Notes under the pieces: generated by a model | Databases searched by the model: none | Told to the model about the DNA's origin: nothing | The model's input: only the letters and a program-made list of their open reading frames with translations | DNA from: an uncultured Bacilli bacterium | Lineage (GTDB): Bacteria > Bacillota_I > Bacilli_A > RF39 > UBA660 | Reading direction: 5' to 3' | Length of the DNA stretch: 64,000 bases | Assembly: GCA_934131695.1 (NCBI GenBank) | Contig: CAKOZV010000005.1 | Coordinates: 372 to 64,371 of the forward strand | Shown here: piece by piece, positions 56,708 through 64,000 of the stretch | How the letters are laid out: every line of letters starts with the position of its first letter | Numbering within the stretch: position 1 is the first letter of the stretch | Made by a program: the position numbers and the translations under genes

Positions 56708-58078
56708 ATGAAGTTGAATGTAGACATCATATGGAATAACGTATTAAAAGAAATTAAAGAAGAACTTTCTTCACTTGCCTTTTCTACGTGGTTTCAAGAC
56801 GTTAATCTTAAAGATTTAAAAGACGATATAGCAATTATCATCGTACCAATGTCTATACATAAGAAACATTTACATGATAATTATCAAGATTTAATAAAAA
56901 ATGCTCTAAATAAAATAACCGGTACAACATTTGAACTAGAATTCTTTCTAGAAGATGAGTTTAAAGAAAAAGAAGAATCTATAAAGGAAAAAGAGGAAAA
57001 AGAAAGTACTGAGGCACCTGAATTTAAGCAAAAATCAAACTTAAATCAAAATTATACCTTTAATAACTTTATTGTTGGTAACAGTAATAAGTTTGCACAA
57101 GCTGCGGCCTTGTCAGTAGCTGAAAATCCTGGTAAAATTTATAATCCGCTATTTATTTATGGTAATAGTGGCCTCGGAAAAACACATTTAATGCATGCGA
57201 TTGGTAACTATATAGCACAAAATTCCAATAAACGAGTCTTGTACGTAACAAGTGATCAATTTAGAGATGATTTTGTTAGTATAAATAGGAAAGACCAAGA
57301 CGGTACCAACTTTAATTACAAAGAGTTCTTTAAAAACAAGTATAGAAATATAGATGTACTAATAATCGATGATATACAATTTTTAGGAGGAGCAAATCAA
57401 ACACAACAAGAATTCTTCCATACTTTTACTAATCTATATAATGATAGTAAGCAAATAATTGTATCATCAGACAGATCACCAAATGACTTAAAACTACTAG
57501 CTGAACGTCTTAGAACAAGATTCTGCTGGGGATTAACGGTAAACATAGGACCACCAGACTTTGAACTGAGGAAAGAGATTCTGAGAAAAAAAATAGTAGC
57601 TGGTAACTTTGAGGCAGAAATACCAGAGGAAGTAATTGAATATATAGCCTCAAATATGGGAAGTGACGTAAGACAACTAGAAGGTTCAATAACAAGATTA
57701 GTGGCTTACTCTACAATAATGGGAGGCTCAAAAATAAACCTAAGCTTAGCTATTGAAGCACTAAAAGACTTTATTAATAAAGGAATGAGTGAAAAAAACG
57801 ATATTGCAAGAATTCAAAAGATTGTAGCTGAGTTTTTTCAAATATCAGTAGAAGACATTCGTTCAAAAAAAAGGAGTAGTAACATAGCCTTTCCTAGACA
57901 AATAGCTATGTACATGTGTAGAAAGTTAACAAATGAGTCATATCCCAAAATAGGAACTGAATTTGGTGGTAAAGACCATTCTACTGTTATGCATTCTGTG
58001 GAGAAAATAGAAATAGAAGTAAAAAATAATAAAGACTTAGCAGGTATTGTGGAAAAGTTATCAAATGACTTAAAATAG
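56708..58078 (+). CDS. dnaA: Chromosomal replication initiator protein DnaA
   Basis: Walker A GNSGLGKTHLMHA, Walker B LIIDDIQF, sensor/box VII, and domain IV (FPRQIAMYMCRKLT, DHSTVMH). I prefer ATG 56708, after GGGGAGTG. Confidence 0.97.
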   Translation: MKLNVDIIWNNVLKEIKEELSSLAFSTWFQDVNLKDLKDDIAIIIVPMSIHKKHLHDNYQDLIKNALNKITGTTFELEFFLEDEFKEKEESIKEKEEKESTEAPEFKQKSNLNQNYTFNNFIVGNSNKFAQAAALSVAENPGKIYNPLFIYGNSGLGKTHLMHAIGNYIAQNSNKRVLYVTSDQFRDDFVSINRKDQDGTNFNYKEFFKNKYRNIDVLIIDDIQFLGGANQTQQEFFHTFTNLYNDSKQIIVSSDRSPNDLKLLAERLRTRFCWGLTVNIGPPDFELRKEILRKKIVAGNFEAEIPEEVIEYIASNMGSDVRQLEGSITRLVAYSTIMGGSKINLSLAIEALKDFINKGMSEKNDIARIQKIVAEFFQISVEDIRSKKRSSNIAFPRQIAMYMCRKLTNESYPKIGTEFGGKDHSTVMHSVEKIEIEVKNNKDLAGIVEKLSNDLK

Positions 58079-58225
58079 TCACCTGTGGAAAAAGTTAAGT
58101 TTTCCACAGGTTTTCCACAGGCATAAAAATTGCTAATATGTTATAATATAAAGGAAATAAAAAGTTTTCCACAGTTTCCACAGCATTAATATTAATAATA
58201 TATAAATAAAAGAAAAGAAAGAAGG
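58048..58225. promoter_or_regulatory. oriC: oriC, downstream (dnaA-dnaN) DnaA-box cluster plus AT-rich unwinding-element candidate
   Basis: Boxes: TGTGGAAAA 58048 and 58084, TTTTCCACA 58100, 58111 and 58165, gTTTCCACA 58174. Then GC, then a period-3 TAA/TAT run (58187-58201), then nearly pure A+T up to the dnaN RBS. Confidence 0.75.
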
Positions 58226-58233
58226 AATATAAA

Positions 58234-59358
58234 ATGAAATTTTCAATTAAAAAAGAAGTACTATTAGAAGCACTTAATAAAGTGTCAAAAGCAATATCAA
58301 CAAAAAACGTAATACCAGTATTAGCAGGTATCAAGTTTCATCTTACAAAAAAGAAATTAACTCTTACTGCTAGTGATAATGATATTACGATAGAAACATC
58401 AATTCCATGTGACAATGAGAATATAATCTTAAAAGAAGAAGGAAGTATTATTATTCAAGGTAAATATATACTAGATATAGTAAGAAAATTACCTGACCCA
58501 TTTATAAATATAGAGGTAGTAGATGATTTAAAAATATTAATATACACTGAAAACAGTGAATTTAATTTAAATGGTATCAGTGAAAAAGAATATCCATCTA
58601 TTGAACTAGTAGAAAGTAAAAACCATATTGAATTATCTAAAACAGTATTAAAGGAAATAGTTAACCAAACTGCTTTTGCAACTAGTATAGATGAAAATAA
58701 AGCCATATTAAATGGTATAAACTTTAATATTATTGGTAATATACTAGAATGTAATGCAACTGATTCATACAGATTAGCAAGAAAAGTTATACCTTTATCA
58801 ACAAGCTCTGAGGAAAACATGAATATTGTTATACCTAGTAGAAACCTTGTAGAATTTACAAGAATACTAGGTGAAGGTGATGAAAAAATAGAAGTACATA
58901 TTTTCAATAATAAAATACTATTTAAAAATCAAAACTTATTATTCCAATCTAGACTAATAAATGGTACTTATCCAAATACTTCTAATTTATTACCTAAAGA
59001 AGATCAAGTAAAATTACATTTCAATATAAATGATTTTTATAATGTAGTTGATCGTGTAAGTATTTTAACAAGTGATAAAGATAAAAATATAGTTACTATG
59101 GAAACTAATGGTGATATGTTAATAATGAAATCATCAAGTGCAGAAATTGGTAGAGTAGAAGAAAAAATGTCTATTAAGAAAGATAGAGATTTAGACATAA
59201 AAATTTCTTTCAGTGCTAGATATATGATGGATGCTTTAAAATCTTTTTCCACAGATACTGTTGAATTATCATTTGTAGGAGAAATAAAACCAATTGTTTT
59301 AAAAAGTAGTGAAGATGATACTCTAACTCAATTAGTTTTGCCTATTAGAACATACTAA
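58234..59358 (+). CDS. dnaN: DNA polymerase III beta sliding clamp
   Basis: 374 aa. MKFSIKKEVLLEALNKVSKAISTKNVIPVLAGIKF and C-terminal LVLPIRTY. Confidence 0.97.
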   Translation: MKFSIKKEVLLEALNKVSKAISTKNVIPVLAGIKFHLTKKKLTLTASDNDITIETSIPCDNENIILKEEGSIIIQGKYILDIVRKLPDPFINIEVVDDLKILIYTENSEFNLNGISEKEYPSIELVESKNHIELSKTVLKEIVNQTAFATSIDENKAILNGINFNIIGNILECNATDSYRLARKVIPLSTSSEENMNIVIPSRNLVEFTRILGEGDEKIEVHIFNNKILFKNQNLLFQSRLINGTYPNTSNLLPKEDQVKLHFNINDFYNVVDRVSILTSDKDKNIVTMETNGDMLIMKSSSAEIGRVEEKMSIKKDRDLDIKISFSARYMMDALKSFSTDTVELSFVGEIKPIVLKSSEDDTLTQLVLPIRTY

Positions 59359-59385
59359 AATAAGAAATATGCATATTTTGCTAAA

Positions 59386-59411
59386 AAACTGGCATTTTTA
59401 CCAGTTTTTTT
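59386..59411 (+). terminator. Rho-independent terminator of dnaN
   Basis: AAACTGG-8 nt-CCAGTTT stem followed by a T run. Confidence 0.55.
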
Positions 59412-59508
59412 CATTTTTTTACTTTTATCGACATAAAACGATAAAATTCGACAGTATAATATAGTAGACTGATGGTAAACATTTTGATGTTTTAGGGGGG
59501 AAATTTAA

Positions 59509-59964
59509 ATGAAAGATTATGAAATTAATGATGCCACTTTGGCAATCATACCAGAAACAAAAATGACTTCTGTAGTAGTAGAGGCCGATTACAAGTATAA
59601 CGTAGAGGGAAGACCATTAAAGATAATTGATTATAGTTGTAAATATTTTGGCAGCTCATACATCGGAAGAAGAGAAGGGGCTAAACAAATATTAAAAACA
59701 TCCTATAAGTTACCTATAATGGTGGATGATAGTAGAAATGTAATTTTTTTTCCTACTGTATCACCAGAAGAAAATGATTGTTCTTGGCTAGCCTTAAATA
59801 GGATAGAAACTATAAATCCAGTTAAAAAAAGGAAAGACTATACAGAAGTAGTATTTGATAATGGTAAAAAAATAAACATTCCAATTTCATACAAATCAAT
59901 GGAAAACCAGATTCTTAGGGCTAGTCGTCTAGAATCAGTTATTAGAAACAGAAAAAATCAATAA
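59509..59964 (+). CDS. comK: ComK-family competence transcription factor
   Basis: 151 aa. YEINDATLAIIPE, PLKIIDYSCKYFGSSYIGRREGAKQILKTSYKLPIMVDDSRNVIFFPT and TEVVFDNGKKINIPISYKSMENQ align with B. subtilis ComK as I remember it (YEVNGATIAVLPEE, PLQIVDRSCRFFGSSYAGRKAGTYEVTKISHKPPIMVDPSNQIFLFPT, TEVTFSNGKTMELPISYNSFENQ). RBS GGGGGG-AAA. Confidence 0.8.
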   Translation: MKDYEINDATLAIIPETKMTSVVVEADYKYNVEGRPLKIIDYSCKYFGSSYIGRREGAKQILKTSYKLPIMVDDSRNVIFFPTVSPEENDCSWLALNRIETINPVKKRKDYTEVVFDNGKKINIPISYKSMENQILRASRLESVIRNRKNQ

Positions 59965-59972
59965 TTTTTTTG

Positions 59973-60003
59973 CTAACATTATTTAATGATGTTAGTCTTT
60001 TTT
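59973..60003 (+). terminator. Rho-independent terminator of comK
   Basis: CTAACAT-8 nt-ATGTTAG stem followed by TCTTTTTT. Confidence 0.6.
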
Positions 60004-60094
60004 GTATAAATTTAAATTATGTAAAAAATAATGGAATTTTAGTTACGGAATAAGTCAAAAAAAGCATTTTTTTCTATTTTATTTAAACCAAATA

Positions 60095-60103
60095 TGTTAT
60101 AAT
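60095..60103 (+). promoter_or_regulatory. Candidate extended -10 (TGTTATAAT) for recF-gyrB-gyrA
   Basis: Pattern match 68 nt upstream of the recF ATG. Weak -35. Confidence 0.3.
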
Positions 60104-60170
60104 ATTCTTGCGTGTATGGGTATACTGAAAATGGGTGAAGGTGAAAATATGAAGGCTTTTTTGACTGAAA

Positions 60171-61286
60171 ATGGTAATTAAACGGTTAAATTTAGTTAAT
60201 TTTCGTAATTATGGTAAAGTTAATTTAGAATTAGGACCATCTATGAATATATTTATTGGGGAAAATGCTTCGGGAAAAACAAATATATTAGAGTCGATAG
60301 TTGTTTTAGCATTAACAAAGTCTTATAAGAATATTAATGAAAATAATTTAATAAGGATCGATAAGAAGAAATCTAAAATAAAAGGAACTGTTAAAAATAA
60401 TAAATCATTAAAAAACTTAGAAATAGAAATTATGGAGACAGGAAAAGCAGTAAAAATTAATAGTAAGAGAGTTTACTGCCTAGCTGATTATATATCTAAT
60501 TTAAATATTGTGCTTTTTACTCCTGATGATTTAGAGTTAATAAAAGGTTCTCCTAGTATTCGTAGAAATTTACTAAATATGGAACTTAGTCAACTTTCAT
60601 CTTTATATTTAAATACCTATAATCAATATAATAAAATATTAAGAACACGTAATGAATATCTAAAAATTCTTTTTACTAATAATATTGCTGATAAAAAATA
60701 TCTTGATATTTTAACTGAACAATTAATAGATAAAGCAATTGTTATTTATAAGCTTAGAAATGAATATCTAAAAAAAATTAACAAAAATATTAATAGTATT
60801 TTTAAGAATATTACAGGTGAAGAAAACTTATCAATTCTGTACAAGCCAAATATTTCCTTTAGTAATTATGAAGATGACAGTTTGAAAAAGACAATGAAGG
60901 AAACTTTGAACAAGAATTATCAAAGAGAGCTTCATATTGGTATGACGTTGTTTGGTCCGCACCGTGATGATTTTCAATTTCGAATTAATGATGTGGATAT
61001 GAAGCTATTTTCTTCACAAGGCCAACAAAAAAGTGCAGTTTTAGCTTATAAGTTGTCAACCATACCAATATTCGAGGAAAAAAATGGGACAAAACCAGTT
61101 TTATTATTAGACGATATCTTTAGTGAACTTGACTTAAAAAAGAAAAATCGTTTATTAAAGTATGTAAATCAAGATATTCAAAGTATTATAACAACCACTG
61201 ATTTAAAAAATATTTCTAAAAAATCATTGGAGAATGCAACAATATTTAAAGTAAATAATGGTAATGTTGAAAGGAGTAATAATTAA
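60171..61286 (+). CDS. recF: DNA replication and repair protein RecF
   Basis: LNLVNFRNY, Walker [13 protein letters not shown], signature FSSQGQQKS and Walker [12 protein letters not shown]. Confidence 0.95.
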   Translation: MVIKRLNLVNFRNYGKVNLELGPSMNIFIGENASGKTNILESIVVLALTKSYKNINENNLIRIDKKKSKIKGTVKNNKSLKNLEIEIMETGKAVKINSKRVYCLADYISNLNIVLFTPDDLELIKGSPSIRRNLLNMELSQLSSLYLNTYNQYNKILRTRNEYLKILFTNNIADKKYLDILTEQLIDKAIVIYKLRNEYLKKINKNINSIFKNITGEENLSILYKPNISFSNYEDDSLKKTMKETLNKNYQRELHIGMTLFGPHRDDFQFRINDVDMKLFSSQGQQKSAVLAYKLSTIPIFEEKNGTKPVLLLDDIFSELDLKKKNRLLKYVNQDIQSIITTTDLKNISKKSLENATIFKVNNGNVERSNN

Positions 61287-63211
61287 TGGAAAAAGAAAAT
61301 TTAGCAAAATATGATTCCTCAGCCATTCAGGTATTGGAAGGATTAGAAGCTGTAAGAAAAAGACCCGGTATGTATATTGGAACTACAAGCAGTAGAGGAT
61401 TACATCATTTAGTATGGGAAATTGTTGATAATGCTATAGATGAAGCTTTAGCAGGTTATTGTACCCATATTGAGGTTACTATTGAAAAAAATAATAGTAT
61501 TACTGTTAAAGATGATGGTCGTGGTATACCAGTAGATGTTCATCCAAAAACTGGAAAAAGTACAGTAGAAACTGTATATACAGTCTTGCATGCTGGTGGA
61601 AAGTTCGGCGGTGGTGGATACAAAGTATCTGGTGGTCTTCATGGTGTTGGTGCCAGTGTAGTTAATGCCTTATCTACATATCTAGAGGTAAAAGTATATA
61701 AAAATGGTCATGTTTACTATCAAAAATATACTAATGGTGGACATCCAGTTGAACCTTTAAAAGTTATAGGTGATTGTGATGAAGATCGTACAGGAACAAC
61801 TGTAACATTTTTACCAGATGCATCTATTTTTCAAGAAACTACTGTATTTGATTATGATATATTACGAAATAGATTACGTGAACTAGCCTTTTTGAATCGT
61901 GGTCTTAGAATTACACTATATGATGATAGAGAAGCAGGTAAAAAGGAATCTTTTTGTTACGAAGGTGGAATTCGTGAATATGTTGAACTTTTAAATAAGT
62001 CTAAGCAACCAATACACGATACTATTATTGATGTAACAGGACAAGAAGGCGACATCATGTTAGAAGTTGCTTTGCAATATAATGAAACTTATAGTTCTAG
62101 TATTTATTCATTTGTAAATAATATAACAACTCCAGAGGGTGGTACTCATGAAGATGGAGTTAGAATGGCCCTTACAAGAATACTAAATAAGTATGCCCAA
62201 AGTACTGGTATGATGAAAGATAAGGACGATTCCTTAACTGGTGACGATGTTAAGGAAGGATTAACAATGATTGTTTCTATAAAACATCCTAATCCTCAGT
62301 TTGAAGGCCAAACTAAAACTAAACTTGGAAATAGTGAAGTTCGTGGTATAGCAAATAGAATTTTTTCAGCAAATCTTGAAAGATTTTTAATGGAACATCC
62401 AGACGAAGCAAAAATAATCATAGAAAAAGCTATGACAGCTTCTAGAGCTAGAGTTGCAGCAAAAAAAGCAAGAGAATTGACAAGAAGAAAAGGTGATTTA
62501 GATGTCACTAACTTCTATGGAAAACTATCTGATTGTAAGAGTAAAGATGCCTCAGAAAGTGAGATATTCTTAGTAGAGGGTGATTCAGCTGGTGGTTCTG
62601 CTATAAAAGGTAGAGATAGTATGACACAAGCAATTTTACCATTAAGAGGAAAAATACTTAATGTAGAAAAAGCAAGATTAGATAGAGCTTTATCAAATGA
62701 AGAAATTCGTACTATTATAACAGCTTTTGGTACTGGTATTGGTGAAGAATTTGATTTATCTAAGCTTAGATATAATAAAATTATTATAATGACAGATGCA
62801 GATGTAGATGGTAGTCATATTAGAGTATTGCTTTTAACATTATTTTACCGCTTTTTTAAGCCAATTGTTGAAGCCGGACATGTATATGCCGCGCAACCAC
62901 CTTTATTCGTTATAAAACACGGAAAAACTATCAAATACGTTTTAAATGAGCAAGAAAGAGATGAATACCTAGCAACACTTTCTCCAAATACTAAATATGA
63001 TATAGCCAGAATGAAAGGTTTAGGAGAAATGGATGCTGAGGAATTAAATGAAACAACAATGGATATTCATAAGAGAGTATTAAGACAAATAACTGTTGAT
63101 GATGCCTTAGCTGCCGATGAAACTTTCTCTAAATTAATGGGTGAAGAAGTAGGACCTAGAAGAGAATTTATTGAGACAAATGCAACTTATGTTGAAAACT
63201 TAGATATATAG
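61286..63211 (+). CDS. gyrB: DNA gyrase subunit B
   Basis: [24 protein letters not shown], the GHKL ATPase domain, the [15 protein letters not shown] and [17 protein letters not shown] overlap with recF. Confidence 0.98.
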   Translation: MEKENLAKYDSSAIQVLEGLEAVRKRPGMYIGTTSSRGLHHLVWEIVDNAIDEALAGYCTHIEVTIEKNNSITVKDDGRGIPVDVHPKTGKSTVETVYTVLHAGGKFGGGGYKVSGGLHGVGASVVNALSTYLEVKVYKNGHVYYQKYTNGGHPVEPLKVIGDCDEDRTGTTVTFLPDASIFQETTVFDYDILRNRLRELAFLNRGLRITLYDDREAGKKESFCYEGGIREYVELLNKSKQPIHDTIIDVTGQEGDIMLEVALQYNETYSSSIYSFVNNITTPEGGTHEDGVRMALTRILNKYAQSTGMMKDKDDSLTGDDVKEGLTMIVSIKHPNPQFEGQTKTKLGNSEVRGIANRIFSANLERFLMEHPDEAKIIIEKAMTASRARVAAKKARELTRRKGDLDVTNFYGKLSDCKSKDASESEIFLVEGDSAGGSAIKGRDSMTQAILPLRGKILNVEKARLDRALSNEEIRTIITAFGTGIGEEFDLSKLRYNKIIIMTDADVDGSHIRVLLLTLFYRFFKPIVEAGHVYAAQPPLFVIKHGKTIKYVLNEQERDEYLATLSPNTKYDIARMKGLGEMDAEELNETTMDIHKRVLRQITVDDALAADETFSKLMGEEVGPRREFIETNATYVENLDI

Positions 63212-63221
63212 GAGGTAAAAA

Positions 63222-64000
63222 ATGGATCGATTAGAAACAAATAATATAGTTAAAGAAGTTCAAGATTCCTTTTTGGAATATTCAATGAGTGTAATTGTAG
63301 CAAGAGCACTTCCTGATTTAAGAGATGGTCTTAAACCTGTTCATCGACGTATTCTATATTCTATGTTTGAGTCTGGATATACACCAGATAAACCACATCG
63401 AAAGAGTGCTAAAACGGTAGGAGAGGTTATGGGTAATTATCATCCACATGGTGATAGTTCTATCTATGAAGCTATGGTAAGAATGGCACAAGATTTCTCT
63501 TATAGATATATGCTAATTGATGGACATGGTAATTTTGGTAATATTGAAGGTTACGGAGCAGCAGCAATGCGTTACACAGAAACTAGACTTTCTAAAATAT
63601 CACTTGAACTATTGAGAAATATTAATAAAAATACAGTTAATTTTATTCCAAACTTTGATGAAACAACTAAAGAACCAGAAGTTTTACCTTCAAGGTTTCC
63701 AAATATTTTAGTAAATGGAACAACTGGTATAGCTGTAGGTATGGCAACTAACATTCCACCACATAACTTAGGAGAAGTAATAGATGGTTGTGTTGCTTAT
63801 ATTGATAACCATGATATTACACTAGATGAATTAATGAAATATATTAAAGGACCAGATTTTCCAACAGGGGCTAATATCTTAGGTAATAGTGGTATAAGAA
63901 AAGCTTACGAAACGGGCCGTGGTTCCATTACAATAAGAAGTAAAGCTACAATTGAAGAAAAAAATGGCCGTCATTATATAATAATTGAAGAGGTTCCATA
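63222..64000 (+). CDS. gyrA: DNA gyrase subunit A (N-terminal part; runs off window)
   Basis: Not in the track (open to the edge). From ATG 63222 (RBS GGAGGT): [47 protein letters not shown]...[17 protein letters not shown]. Confidence 0.97.
   Translation, partial: MDRLETNNIVKEVQDSFLEYSMSVIVARALPDLRDGLKPVHRRILYSMFESGYTPDKPHRKSAKTVGEVMGNYHPHGDSSIYEAMVRMAQDFSYRYMLIDGHGNFGNIEGYGAAAMRYTETRLSKISLELLRNINKNTVNFIPNFDETTKEPEVLPSRFPNILVNGTTGIAVGMATNIPPHNLGEVIDGCVAYIDNHDITLDELMKYIKGPDFPTGANILGNSGIRKAYETGRGSITIRSKATIEEKNGRHYIIIEEVP

Noticed and set aside
56491-58182. Short repeated motif arrays that could be mistaken for CRISPR or tandem repeats
   Set aside because: The repeats are 9-bp DnaA boxes in both orientations with irregular spacing. 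There are no 25-40 bp repeats or spacers and no cas genes.
58455-58907. 150-aa ORF antisense to dnaN (also 59037-59252 and 58095-58334)
   Set aside because: These are antisense shadow ORFs inside a well-supported dnaN. 58095-58334 is additionally generated by reading through DnaA boxes (VENF/VENLW repeats).
1-64000. Mobile elements, prophage, tRNA/rRNA genes, toxin-antitoxin or defence islands
   Set aside because: I recognised no integrase, transposase or recombinase, no terminal inverted repeats, and no tRNA-like or rRNA-like GC-rich segments. The intergenic regions are short and AT-rich.

Overview
This is a very AT-rich, low-GC Bacillota chromosome segment spanning the replication origin. 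oriC is bipartite. Nine DnaA boxes lie upstream of dnaA (56491-56665). Six more, plus an AT-rich unwinding candidate, lie between dnaA and dnaN (58048-58225). To the right, on the + strand, are dnaA-dnaN-comK-recF-gyrB-gyrA. To the left, almost all on the - strand, is the classic origin-proximal set: rpmH-rnpA-yidC-jag-[orphan]-mnmE-mnmG-rsmG-noc-soj-spo0J, ychF, rpsF-ssb-rpsR, a DHH phosphoesterase, rplI-dnaB, argS, rpoE, prfA-prmC-spoIIR-mntP, murA, rpmE, rpiB, mreB, tagO, cysS-mrnC-rlmB-sigH-like, uvrA, lgt-trxB-yvcK-whiA and clpP. rpoE (delta subunit), noc, comK, spoIIR and a SpoIIQ-like LytM protein occur together, which suggests a spore-forming Bacilli/Erysipelotrichia-like organism (inference). 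I saw no rRNA, tRNA, CRISPR array, transposase or integrase. The main accessory content is a complete agr-type peptide quorum-sensing module (15827-18575), whose 39-codon agrD is missing from the ORF track. Other items worth a second look: a six-box DnaA-box cluster about 34 kb from oriC, next to rpiB; a ComK-family gene in the dnaN-recF slot; an orphan gene translationally coupled into the jag-mnmE operon; a Noc paralogue with a long disordered insertion and no N-terminal extension; a SigH-like sigma factor paired with a tail-anchored protein; and several apparently catalytically degenerate enzyme homologues. All family assignments come from motif reading and remembered homologues, not from database searches.
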